Of a stretch of 64,000 bases of DNA, positions 18,193-27,112 are shown piece after piece. The number at the start of each line of letters is the position of its first letter. Position 1 is the first letter of the stretch. The stretch lies in the IMG/VR virus record IMGVR_UViG_3300023257_000007, positions 62,001-126,000 of that record, one strand, 5' to 3'. The notes beneath the pieces are model-generated. The model was not told the origin of the DNA and did not search any database. It saw only the letters and a program-made list of their open reading frames with translations. The position numbers and the translations under genes are program-made.

Positions 18193-18265
18193 ATCCCCCT
18201 GTCGGAATCGAGCCGACTTCCCCGATTTACAAGACCGGACATAATCCATTAAATGCTTAGGAGGA
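18193..18265 (-). tRNA. trnT: tRNA-Thr(TGT)
   Basis: TCCTCCT/AGGGGGA; CCGGT-CTTGTAA-ATCGG; T-loop CTCGATT (C at position 54). Confidence 0.88.
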
Positions 18266-18273
18266 ATATATAG

Positions 18274-18353
18274 AACCCCAAGTGGGACTCGAACCCACAT
18301 TTTCAATTCCAATTACCGATAACTGTTTCGAAGACAGAACGGATTACTGAGGT
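18274..18353 (-). tRNA. Atypical tRNA-like gene with Arg(TCG) anticodon; no canonical D-arm, expanded variable region
   Basis: ACCTCAG/TTGGGGT acceptor; CTGT-CTTCGAA-ACAG anticodon arm; GTGGG-TTCGAGT-CCCAC T-arm; only about 8 nt between acceptor and anticodon stems. Confidence 0.7.
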
Positions 18354-18362
18354 ATTTATTTG

Positions 18363-18436
18363 TATAAGCGGTGAGAGTCGAACTCACAATAATCCTCAGT
18401 CCAAGTGAGGCAACCACGCCAATGGATCGCGCCTAT
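18363..18436 (-). tRNA. trnP: tRNA-Pro(TGG)
   Basis: ATAGGCG/CGCTTAT; CCTCA-CTTGGAC-TGAGG; GTGAG-TTCGACT-CTCAC. Confidence 0.88.
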
Positions 18437-18467
18437 ATTATTACAAAAAATCAAAGAACTTACTCCA

Positions 18468-18513
18468 GAAAACAAAAAACCTCAACCAATGGTTTGAAAC
18501 ACTGGTCGAGGTT
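18468..18513 (-). terminator. Intrinsic terminator (candidate attenuator) between leader ORF and first tRNA
   Basis: AACCTCGACCA/TGGTTGAGGTT 11-bp stem (one G:U) followed by TTTTGTTTT on the minus strand, about 30 nt before tRNA-Pro. Confidence 0.8.
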
Positions 18514-18538
18514 GTGGTTTGATATATGGAGGATTAAA

Positions 18539-18646
18539 TTACAAATCCTCAAACTCTAACAGTGTAGGTATAACGGTGCCGGCCACGGGTCTCGTCGGAG
18601 TCCCTGTGCGTACTACTACTGCCATTATGTTAAAGTTTAAATTCAT
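18539..18646 (-). CDS. Candidate leader peptide MNLNFNIMAVVVRTGTPTRPVAGTVIPTLLEFEDL (35 aa; not in ORF track)
   Basis: ATG with A-rich upstream, TATATA at 18672-18677; GC-rich core codons; stop 25 nt before the terminator stem. Confidence 0.7.
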   Translation of the reverse strand: MNLNFNIMAVVVRTGTPTRPVAGTVIPTLLEFEDL

Positions 18647-18744
18647 TTTTATATCAATTTTTTCGTATTATTATATATTGACCGTAAAAAGTCAAATTTT
18701 TCTATTTTTATATTTATCACAAAAGTAGTTAAAAGTTTTTAAAA

Positions 18745-19575
18745 TTAAAAATTTTTTGTCATTTTATTTTCAAAAAAGGAAAACAACTTTGATATATATC
18801 GAGAATAATTTTTTATTTGATTGTTGTAGATTTTTAAAAAGTTATCTATAAATAATTTTTGTTCTTTTTTAGAAGAATTATTTATAAATAATTCTTCTTC
18901 TTCACCATGTTTTAATTTTTTTAATAATTCAAACGCTGATAAAAATTTGTTCAATTTAAGTTCTGATAAATCATTAAAAAGTTGCAATAAATTTATATCC
19001 TTTAAATAATAAAAATTTTGATAAAAATCGCTTTTTTTAACTAAATTATCAATTGTTTCATTTTCATTTAATTCATAATTTTTTATTTCGTAAACAATTT
19101 TACTAAAATCCGCTTTTACTTCAGCTGACGATAAAGAATAAAACACATCTATGATTGTAGATATTTGTTTATCATTTTTAAAAAAATCATACATTGAAAT
19201 TATTGACATTTCATCAACACTTGTTAATTCTTTGCCTTTATTTTTCACCCAATCATAAGCATGAAACAATTCGTGATTTAATAATCCATGAGTTGTCTTA
19301 TATGAATCTAAAACCAAATATATAATCGAACCATTTGGAATATATTCTGATTTATGTTGATCAAATGATGAAAATCTATTATTCAATTTTGCATAATCTT
19401 CTTTGAATTCTATAATTATTTTGGATATACCTATATTAAGTATTTTAACATCTATTTCTTCAATATTTTTTAAATCCTCTTTATTTTCAACATAATTTAT
19501 TATATAAGTAGTTAATTCTTCAACTTCTGTTGAATATCCTGATCTTTCTATAATAAAATTACCAAAATTTAACAT
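18745..19575 (-). CDS. Hypothetical protein with HExxH motif (possible zincin-like metallopeptidase)
   Basis: LLNHELFHAYD; N-terminus MLNFGNFIIE; TATATA at 19581-19586. Confidence 0.65.
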   Translation of the reverse strand: MLNFGNFIIERSGYSTEVEELTTYIINYVENKEDLKNIEEIDVKILNIGISKIIIEFKEDYAKLNNRFSSFDQHKSEYIPNGSIIYLVLDSYKTTHGLLNHELFHAYDWVKNKGKELTSVDEMSIISMYDFFKNDKQISTIIDVFYSLSSAEVKADFSKIVYEIKNYELNENETIDNLVKKSDFYQNFYYLKDINLLQLFNDLSELKLNKFLSAFELLKKLKHGEEEELFINNSSKKEQKLFIDNFLKIYNNQIKNYSRYISKLFSFFENKMTKNF

Positions 19576-19605
19576 ATGTTTATATATTAAAAATTTTTTG
19601 TCATT

Positions 19606-19941
19606 TTATTTTCTTTCTTCTGGGTCACCACAAAAAACACAACATTCATCACTATAATATCCATTCACATAAACATATACACATTTATCAATAGGATTAT
19701 CTATATGATTACAATCCCATCCCCAATAAGCGCCATAATATGGATCTCCTATATCTTCTAATTTAATAGATTCATCATCTCTTTCTTTTAAAACATATTC
19801 TTTAATCCATTCTGATTTCTCTTTAAGGATTTTTTCTCTTTCTACTTTTTTCTTAGTTTCAGTGTCATGTTTAATTGCTTCTTTTTCTTCAAGAAATAAT
19901 TGACCATCTTCTGTTTGCCATGCATCTACTTTATTTATCAT
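19606..19941 (-). CDS. Hypothetical protein with C-terminal Cys cluster
   Basis: 111 aa, ends CVFCGDPEERK; ATGA overlap with upstream gene. Confidence 0.7.
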   Translation of the reverse strand: MINKVDAWQTEDGQLFLEEKEAIKHDTETKKKVEREKILKEKSEWIKEYVLKERDDESIKLEDIGDPYYGAYWGWDCNHIDNPIDKCVYVYVNGYYSDECCVFCGDPEERK

Positions 19942-20717
19942 TTTATTAATTCTTTAATATTAACATTTTCATCTTGTAAATTAAACCAATTTCTTAATTT
20001 CTTTCTTAAAAATAATTCATCCTTAGATCTTTCAATATCTTCTTCGGCTTTCTGTATCTCAACTTTATGTTTATCTACATCTGTATTATACAAACCAAGT
20101 AATTGATTACTAATAGAAATTATTTTTTTCTCATTACCAACTTGATCTTCAGAATCAACTAAACATTTACTTATAATTTCATTATCTTTCCACCAATCCT
20201 TACTCTTAATCTTTTCAATCTCATCATCGTTGAAGGATATATCATTAACATACAAATTATCAAGTTTTAACATAACTTCCAATTCACCAGAATTTCTCTT
20301 CAACCATTTTGAATAATCTTTCATAAGTTTAGGATTCCTAATTATATTCAAATCAGAAGGACTAATAAACTTTTCTAAGTTCTCTCTATCATCATCAATA
20401 TCATGTTTTTCTAAAATACCCAAATATAATCTTACAAAATGTAAATATATTCCTTTATGTTTGTGATATTCACCATCAGTACCTTCATCTTCCCAGACAT
20501 TATATCCTTTTGTTGGCATGTAAAAGCAATTTGATTCTGGATGCCCTATAGAACCACCAGTATGACATCTTTTAACAAGTCCTTCCTCGATCAATTCATC
20601 TATGTATAAAGCATATTCACTAGATTTTACTTTTACAATTCCTGACAATCCTTGACCACTTTGAACTTGTACGTCAATAATAGTTTTATAGACATCTGAT
20701 TTAGTTATTTTACCCAT
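19938..20717 (-). CDS. Hypothetical protein
   Basis: 259-aa ORF in operon. Confidence 0.72.
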   Translation of the reverse strand: MGKITKSDVYKTIIDVQVQSGQGLSGIVKVKSSEYALYIDELIEEGLVKRCHTGGSIGHPESNCFYMPTKGYNVWEDEGTDGEYHKHKGIYLHFVRLYLGILEKHDIDDDRENLEKFISPSDLNIIRNPKLMKDYSKWLKRNSGELEVMLKLDNLYVNDISFNDDEIEKIKSKDWWKDNEIISKCLVDSEDQVGNEKKIISISNQLLGLYNTDVDKHKVEIQKAEEDIERSKDELFLRKKLRNWFNLQDENVNIKELIK

Positions 20718-20718
20718 A

Positions 20719-21783
20719 TTATACCTCCAAATAATTAAAAGGTCCTTTAATACCTTTATTTAACAATACTTTATACAATAATTTTATTGCATCTTTTACG
20801 TCTTTTTTATGAACAGTTTCTACTGTTGTGTGCATATATCTCATACCCATTTTCAATAATCCTGTTGGAATACCATGAGGATAAGAATAAGAATCTGCAT
20901 TTGTTCCTGAACTTCGTCCCATCGCAATTAATTGATAGGGTAATTTCTCATCATTGCAAACATCTTTCAAAAGTTTTAAAACATTCTTGTGAATAGATGG
21001 AGCATTAGCCAAAACAATACCTTCACCAGCAGTTATAGATCCTAATTTAGCAGCATCATATGCTGGACTTGTAGTGTCATGTGTCACATCAATTGCAATC
21101 GCAACATTAGGTTCTATTTTATTTGAAGCCATTTTAGCGCCATATAAACCTACTTCTTCTTGAACTGCATTAACAATAACTAATTTATAGTCAAGTTTTA
21201 TTTTCTTTTTACTCAATTTCTTTAGAACTTGTGATGTAATATAACCACCGATTTTATCATCTAATGATCTACCACAATGATATTCTCCTAAATCCATATA
21301 ACCATCTGTCATTGTAATAGGAGTTCCAACCTCAATTCCTTTATCTAAAACTTCTTTTTTACTTGAAACACCAATATCAATAAAACACTTACTTATTTCT
21401 ACTTTAAATGTCTTATCTTGAACGTGAATGGCTGGATGACCAAAAACACCATTAACTTTACCTTTTTCACTCCAAATATCAACCCTAGATGAAGGAGTAA
21501 TATGCACATCAGAACCTCCAAGTCTACCAACTTTGATAAAGCCTTTATCAGTTATATCATGTACAAAAAATCCAATTTCGTCAGCATGAGCATCAATTAA
21601 AACAGTATAATCGCTGTTTAAGTCACCAAAATATGCATATGCGTTACCATAATCATCAACATCTACTTTTTTAGCATATTGTTTAATATAGTTAACCCAC
21701 ACCATTTGACCACCAAGTAAAACTTCATACCCACTAGGTGATGGTGTATTAACGTATTTTTTCAAAAATTCTTTTTTATTCAT
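20719..21783 (-). CDS. M42-family metallo-aminopeptidase
   Basis: PSPSGYE, DAHADEIG, RSLDDKIG, VQEEVGLYGA, AIAIDVTH, GTNAD, MRYMHT. Confidence 0.92.
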   Translation of the reverse strand: MNKKEFLKKYVNTPSPSGYEVLLGGQMVWVNYIKQYAKKVDVDDYGNAYAYFGDLNSDYTVLIDAHADEIGFFVHDITDKGFIKVGRLGGSDVHITPSSRVDIWSEKGKVNGVFGHPAIHVQDKTFKVEISKCFIDIGVSSKKEVLDKGIEVGTPITMTDGYMDLGEYHCGRSLDDKIGGYITSQVLKKLSKKKIKLDYKLVIVNAVQEEVGLYGAKMASNKIEPNVAIAIDVTHDTTSPAYDAAKLGSITAGEGIVLANAPSIHKNVLKLLKDVCNDEKLPYQLIAMGRSSGTNADSYSYPHGIPTGLLKMGMRYMHTTVETVHKKDVKDAIKLLYKVLLNKGIKGPFNYLEV

Positions 21784-21844
21784 ATTTATGATTTTAATTA
21801 TTAATTGAGAAATTTAAGGAAATTTTTAGAATAAAAAAATATTA

Positions 21845-22534
21845 TTAATAATTCATTATTAATAGTTCTTCGTGATAAGAATATTTTTTCTTAACGATGT
21901 TACAGAATTTAGAGTATTCTGGTACTAGATAAAAATCATAACAAGATAACATGAACTTACCTTTAATGTTTTTTAATAAGAAAAATAAATCTTCATGTGA
22001 TTCCTTTGTAAAATCATGATTATCGTATCTATGTTCAAAACCATAATACGGTGGGTCAATATAGAAAAATGTATTTCTATAATCGAATTTATTTATCACA
22101 TATTTATAATCTTCGTTTAATACGTAATTTACATATTGATATTTATCTTTAAAATCTGATATATTACCCCAAGACATTTTATCACTATAACCAGATCCAA
22201 TATCTCCAACCGCATTACAATGACATAATAAATATAAATATTTCAAAGATTTTTCTTGTTGAGTTCCTTCATTAATAGTGTCTTTAAATTCAAGATATTT
22301 TTCTTCACTTGATTCTATATTCTCAATTAGATTTGTAAAATGTGGGTTTTTTAAGTGTCGAAATAAATAATAATTATCTTTATTAATATCATTATATACA
22401 CTAATAAGAGGATTGTTAATTGACAATCCTATTCCATACATACCACCAAAAGGTTCAACATAACATGTAAAGTTAGGTGTGTAAGGCAAAATGAATTTTT
22501 TAAATTTGGATTTTTCTCCAAGATAGGGTATCAT
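21845..22534 (-). CDS. Second, compact Dam-like DNA adenine methyltransferase
   Basis: IPYLGEK, YVEPFGG, VYNDIN, FFYIDPPY, FMLS, ELLIMNY. Confidence 0.85.
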   Translation of the reverse strand: MIPYLGEKSKFKKFILPYTPNFTCYVEPFGGMYGIGLSINNPLISVYNDINKDNYYLFRHLKNPHFTNLIENIESSEEKYLEFKDTINEGTQQEKSLKYLYLLCHCNAVGDIGSGYSDKMSWGNISDFKDKYQYVNYVLNEDYKYVINKFDYRNTFFYIDPPYYGFEHRYDNHDFTKESHEDLFFLLKNIKGKFMLSCYDFYLVPEYSKFCNIVKKKYSYHEELLIMNY

Positions 22535-23226
22535 AATATTCCAAGTTTAGCTGCTTGTATTTCTGCTTTATATTTTTCTTTTTGTTTCTTTGTTAATAAA
22601 GTTTTAATATTATTAATAGCAAAAGGATAATTCTTTAGTATTACATTTATTATATTAGATTTTTCAAGATGAACATTTAGATCTCTGAAAATCCAACTAT
22701 TTTCTGGTAATTTCGATATTCTAATAGCAATCGCTTTTTCTAATTCTTCTGTTGTTTTATAACTCTGTTCTACCCACATCCTACCATATTTTGAATCTAA
22801 ATAACCATAGCCATATTTTATAATAACATCTTCGATAGGAAGATTATCAAATCTATAATCATCGCCACCCAAATTAGTTTGACCATCTGTGAGTTTATAT
22901 AAAAACATATCCATAGATCCATCACTTTGAAGAAAACCTTTTATATGTGTAGTAGATTGCAGATCTTGTAATAATACTTTTTTTCTAAATATATCTTCAA
23001 ATTCAATTGGTGTTATTCCTAAACCCTCAGCAACAAAACTCACAACATTATCATAAAGTTCATCAGCATCTGGTAATCTATCATATGTAACAAAAGAAGA
23101 GGCAGAATAATAATAATTATTATCTTCGTTAAATTTATCGACTTGTTCTTTTATAAGATGAAGAAATTCATCTACATCCATGTTTTTGTGTGTTCGTAAT
23201 ATAGTATGTTTATCGTAATTTTTCAT
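22531..23226 (-). CDS. Hypothetical protein, paralog of 23226-23957
   Basis: Shared DG..D.F.YK..LGG..D.II.YGYGY...YG..W block; C-terminal AAKLGIL. Confidence 0.75.
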   Translation of the reverse strand: MKNYDKHTILRTHKNMDVDEFLHLIKEQVDKFNEDNNYYYSASSFVTYDRLPDADELYDNVVSFVAEGLGITPIEFEDIFRKKVLLQDLQSTTHIKGFLQSDGSMDMFLYKLTDGQTNLGGDDYRFDNLPIEDVIIKYGYGYLDSKYGRMWVEQSYKTTEELEKAIAIRISKLPENSWIFRDLNVHLEKSNIINVILKNYPFAINNIKTLLTKKQKEKYKAEIQAAKLGIL

Positions 23227-23957
23227 TATAGTATTCCCATGTTTCTTGCTTCTATAAAACCATGTTGATCTTTTAGTAAAGGTTTTATTTCATCTGACTC
23301 ACTTGATCTTCCATCAATAATATCTATTACATTTTTAGGTATAATAGTTGTTGATGTTGTGTTTTTTAGAATCTTAATCAAATTCTTTAAACTACACATT
23401 TTAAGTGAATTATTTAAATGTTCATCAACCTCAGGATAATCTTCATTATTTAAACATCTTATAATTTTATTAGTTGCATCATCTTCAAAACTTTTAAAAG
23501 TATAATTGGAGTTAGTTATCCATAATTTACCGTATTCTGTTTTTGTGTAACCATATCCATATCTAATTATATTATCATATTCGCCGCCTGTATCTTTTAA
23601 GTTAAAACCACCTAATTCTACATCTTTATTATCGCCAAGTATTTTATAAAAGAAATAATCGACTTCTCCGTCCATCGCATAAAAACTATAAGTATTATCG
23701 TGGAATTGTTCAATAGTCATATGTTTTTTAATATGTTCAATGAGTTCGAATTTACTACCACTCCATTGACCATGTTCGTGAAAATATTCATATATATGTT
23801 CTACAACGCCATCATATATATATTTTAAAGTATCACCTCTAGAAGCTAAATTTGTACCACTAAAACCACCATTAATACTCAAACATTCTTTTAAATCCCA
23901 TATAAACTTTTCCCATACAGATTTTTTTTCTAAAAAATTATCATAATTAGTTAACAT
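23226..23957 (-). CDS. Hypothetical protein, paralog of 22531-23226
   Basis: Same shared block; N-terminal MLTNYDNFLE, C-terminal EARNMGIL; TATATA at 23963-23968. Confidence 0.75.
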   Translation of the reverse strand: MLTNYDNFLEKKSVWEKFIWDLKECLSINGGFSGTNLASRGDTLKYIYDGVVEHIYEYFHEHGQWSGSKFELIEHIKKHMTIEQFHDNTYSFYAMDGEVDYFFYKILGDNKDVELGGFNLKDTGGEYDNIIRYGYGYTKTEYGKLWITNSNYTFKSFEDDATNKIIRCLNNEDYPEVDEHLNNSLKMCSLKNLIKILKNTTSTTIIPKNVIDIIDGRSSESDEIKPLLKDQHGFIEARNMGIL

Positions 23958-23974
23958 AATACTATATATTAAAA

Positions 23975-24952
23975 TTAAAATTTTCTATTTTTAATATAGT
24001 TGGTGAAATTGAAAGATTGATCTTCTTTATCATCTATCATCTCTTTGGTGATATCAATTTCATTTACTTTATCAAATTCTAATTTCTCTTGAAAAAAATG
24101 TTCTGACGCATCTTTACATTCACTAGAAATGTAAGTCATTGATGGTATAGACCTCATCAAGAAGAATTTTTGTAACATTCTACCAGTTTTTAAACCAACT
24201 TTATCATCATCACAAAAAATATTTATTTTAGAAGGTTCCAATAATAATAATTTATATAATTGTAAACCTGACCACATAGCAGAAGACACTGACACTGATT
24301 TTAAATCCTGTTCAGATAATGCATACATATCAAATATTCCTTCAGTTATCCATATCTCGTCACCTTTATTAATTTTATCAGAATTATAAACATCTAATTC
24401 AGGACAAGATTGAGTATATTTCAATTTACCAATATCTGATATTTTTCTAGTTGTTATATTTTTAAGAATACCATTTTCATATAAGGGAATAACAATACCT
24501 CCACCTTCTAAACCATCATCTAAGATTGGTTTTAATAATGGATGACATGTTGCACCAATTTTAATAAGCGCATCTTCGTCTTTTATGTGTGATAGGGAGG
24601 ATAATTTATATTTTTTGATAAGATTTTCATTGATACCACGGTCAATTAACCATTGATATTCAAAATTCTTTGATAATAAGTGTTGGTGAGATTCTTCTAC
24701 AAGTTCTGTGTATTTTTGTAGGTCTTGGATGGAATAATTTATGTCTTCTGCTTGTAAATTCAATTCATCTGAATTCACTTCAATTGTTTTATGTTCGTCG
24801 AATTGACTTTTAATAAAACTAAATTGTTTTTCTATTTCTATTAATTCAGGACTATATTCTGTCCAATCAACAAAGTTGAGTAGAACACCTTCTAGTGACC
24901 TATTATTGAATAGTATAAAGTGTAATTCTTCTACACTATATTTATTTTTCAA
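23975..24952 (-). CDS. DNA primase-like TOPRIM protein
   Basis: WLIDRGI, IVIPLY, R...KLKY, WITEGIFD, IFCDDDKVG, CKDASE; TTG start overlapping the upstream stop (TTGA). Confidence 0.8.
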   Translation of the reverse strand: MKNKYSVEELHFILFNNRSLEGVLLNFVDWTEYSPELIEIEKQFSFIKSQFDEHKTIEVNSDELNLQAEDINYSIQDLQKYTELVEESHQHLLSKNFEYQWLIDRGINENLIKKYKLSSLSHIKDEDALIKIGATCHPLLKPILDDGLEGGGIVIPLYENGILKNITTRKISDIGKLKYTQSCPELDVYNSDKINKGDEIWITEGIFDMYALSEQDLKSVSVSSAMWSGLQLYKLLLLEPSKINIFCDDDKVGLKTGRMLQKFFLMRSIPSMTYISSECKDASEHFFQEKLEFDKVNEIDITKEMIDDKEDQSFNFTNYIKNRKF

Positions 24953-25089
24953 CGCCTTTTCTTATTTTTATTATCATATTCTTTTAAATACAATTCTTCC
25001 TCTTCTGTTGCTCTTTTTGAACTATATTTAATCGTTAATATGAATGATAATGTAGAAATAACAATAAACCCTATAATTACGTACATCAT
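24949..25089 (-). CDS. Small single-pass membrane protein (46 aa; not in ORF track)
   Basis: MMYVIIGFIVISTLSFILTIKYSSKR...; overlaps genes on both sides by 4 nt. Confidence 0.65.
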   Translation of the reverse strand: MMYVIIGFIVISTLSFILTIKYSSKRATEEEELYLKEYDNKNKKRR

Positions 25090-25370
25090 TTGCTTTCTTC
25101 GTTAATTTTAGATAATAATATTTCTAGTTTAGTTAATACATTATTAACTTCTTTGAGTTTTTCTTTTGATGATTCGTCATCATTCATGTAATATTCTTCT
25201 ACGAAAACTTGCAATTTTGTAGATATATCGTACATTTCTTGAACGTTTTCAATCAATATTGCTTCATCTTTTTCTAGGTTAGTTGCAATATCTCTACCAG
25301 TTTCTTTTTCAATAATTGAATAAACTGCTTCATATCCTTCCGGGCTCTCATTTACTTTAATCCATTTCAT
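25086..25370 (-). CDS. Hypothetical protein
   Basis: 94-aa ORF with ATGA overlaps. Confidence 0.7.
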   Translation of the reverse strand: MKWIKVNESPEGYEAVYSIIEKETGRDIATNLEKDEAILIENVQEMYDISTKLQVFVEEYYMNDDESSKEKLKEVNNVLTKLEILLSKINEESK

Positions 25371-25534
25371 TTTTCAATTCCTTTTCTTCTTTTTAATAAA
25401 ACTGTTATTTTATATTCAGCGCCTTGATATTTCTCAGTATATGTGACAATTTCCCAATTTTCTTTACCGAGTTTATTTATTTTATCAGTGTTTGGATACC
25501 TCAACCAGTAACATACACGTTTATATTCCCACAT
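25367..25534 (-). CDS. DUF4177-like small protein (55 aa; not in ORF track)
   Basis: MWEYK....INKLGKENWEIV....LLKR signature; fills the gap with overlaps at both ends. Confidence 0.7.
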   Translation of the reverse strand: MWEYKRVCYWLRYPNTDKINKLGKENWEIVTYTEKYQGAEYKITVLLKRRKGIEK

Positions 25535-25893
25535 TAATCTTTGGTTTTAGGTGTTAATCCTTTTTTATCTCCTGTTTCTGCTAACAAAGTTACTTCTTTA
25601 CCATCTTCAGTAATAAAAATATATCTTTTATTTCCTTTTTTGGTTGGTTCTCCTTCGATCCAACCTTTTGTATCAATTACTTTTTTCTTTTTTCTTTTTG
25701 TGTATGGTTTTGAAATTGTTCCTTCCGGTTCTTTTTCTAGACATTTTTCACATCTTAATCCCCAATGGGGTATAATACCATCAATAAAGATCCAGAACAC
25801 GTCAACATCTATAAAAAGACCATAACAACCTGAACAGACTTTCCTATTATCTTTCTTTTTCTCTTTCTTCTTCCAATATTGATTATTAGCCAT
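25534..25893 (-). CDS. Hypothetical basic protein with CxxC pair
   Basis: CSGC..CEKC; 119 aa. Confidence 0.7.
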   Translation of the reverse strand: MANNQYWKKKEKKKDNRKVCSGCYGLFIDVDVFWIFIDGIIPHWGLRCEKCLEKEPEGTISKPYTKRKKKKVIDTKGWIEGEPTKKGNKRYIFITEDGKEVTLLAETGDKKGLTPKTKD

Positions 25894-25976
25894 AATTATT
25901 TATTTTTAAGTTTCAATTAGCAATATAATAAAAATTTTCTTGATAAAAAAAGCCGTTCACAGAACGACTTTACTAT

Positions 25977-26417
25977 TTATTCATAAACTGTTATAGTTTT
26001 TTCCTTAGGGAATACCTGCAATACTTTTTCATATGATGTTGTTTCATCATCAAAATCGCCTTGTCCATATTTATGATAGTTCCAAGAATAATAATTTTCA
26101 CCTACTTTTATAATGTACTCATTTGTCCAAGCACCATGATCCATATCTGTATCTACAAATGTGTTATGTTGAATTATACTAATATTATATTTTTTACACA
26201 AATCTATAACATCTTCGTATCTACTCCAATTCACCTTGTGTATGAATTCATAAGCATCACTTACATCTTTAAAATATTTATCTATTAGTCCCATTTTATG
26301 AGCCTCTTCCAATTCTGTTTTTGACATACCATCAGAAAATATATTATTTAAAAATTCAGTTAAATCAGTATATTCTTGTTTCTCATTTTCGTTTAAAAAG
26401 CTATCAAATTTCTTCAT
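25977..26417 (-). CDS. Hypothetical protein (MKKFDSFLNE N-terminus)
   Basis: 146-aa ORF. Confidence 0.7.
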   Translation of the reverse strand: MKKFDSFLNENEKQEYTDLTEFLNNIFSDGMSKTELEEAHKMGLIDKYFKDVSDAYEFIHKVNWSRYEDVIDLCKKYNISIIQHNTFVDTDMDHGAWTNEYIIKVGENYYSWNYHKYGQGDFDDETTSYEKVLQVFPKEKTITVYE

Positions 26418-26418
26418 A

Positions 26419-26751
26419 TTATTGGGGATTAATTCCTTTGCCTTGTTTCCAATTAAGTATACTTTGTATATCTTCTAGTGAATAATTATCATATAAATCT
26501 TTTACCAACTCATATTTATCCATATCACTTAAAGTATTTACTTCTAGTATTTCACCTTCAATTTCGTCATGTTCACTAAGATAATCTCTTAATTCTTCCA
26601 ATTCTTCATCGTCACAATCATTAATATATTCTTTGATGTCACCAGAATCTATTTCTACATCAACATACTCATCGAATTCAACACTTATTCTTTTATTTAT
26701 CCACATTTTCTTCTTCTTCTTTTTTAAGGTTATTAAATTTATTATATGCAC
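26419..26751 (-). CDS. Hypothetical acidic protein (true start probably MWINK at about 26706)
   Basis: ORF in operon; the upstream part overlaps the previous gene. Confidence 0.65.
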   Translation of the reverse strand: MHIINLITLKKKKKKMWINKRISVEFDEYVDVEIDSGDIKEYINDCDDEELEELRDYLSEHDEIEGEILEVNTLSDMDKYELVKDLYDNYSLEDIQSILNWKQGKGINPQ

Positions 26752-27031
26752 GACTTAACGCGTCTTCTGTATCTGTACCACAAAATGTAGAATAGCACCA
26801 AGCATACTTACCAAAATCTTCATTTGACGGAAAAACTTCACCACCTTCAATAAAATTACCTTTTATTTTTCGGTCTTTTCTTGATCTAATTATGAAAACT
26901 TCATATGCAATCGTCATTTCACATTCTTCTTTATAAGAGTCTATTTGTCTATAGATAGCAAATTTTTCATCTCTTTCAATTAATTCGTAATCATACCCAT
27001 TCTTTCTTTGGTGTTGTTGTAATTTTCTCAT
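26693..27031 (-). CDS. Hypothetical protein
   Basis: 112 aa; YEVF..FPSNEDFGKYAW motif; TATATA at about 27053. Confidence 0.72.
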   Translation of the reverse strand: MRKLQQHQRKNGYDYELIERDEKFAIYRQIDSYKEECEMTIAYEVFIIRSRKDRKIKGNFIEGGEVFPSNEDFGKYAWCYSTFCGTDTEDALSRAYNKFNNLKKEEEENVDK

Positions 27032-27112
27032 TTAATAAAAATTATTTTTTCTTATATATAAGAACATTCATGGGTCAAAAAACTTATTACAGAAATATAA
27101 GATAAATTAAAA

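Noticed and set aside
18009-18728. Plus-strand ORFs 18009-18260, 18371-18559 and 18519-18728
   Set aside because: Antisense to tRNA genes and the leader/terminator; the minus-strand reading has promoter, start context and terminator geometry.
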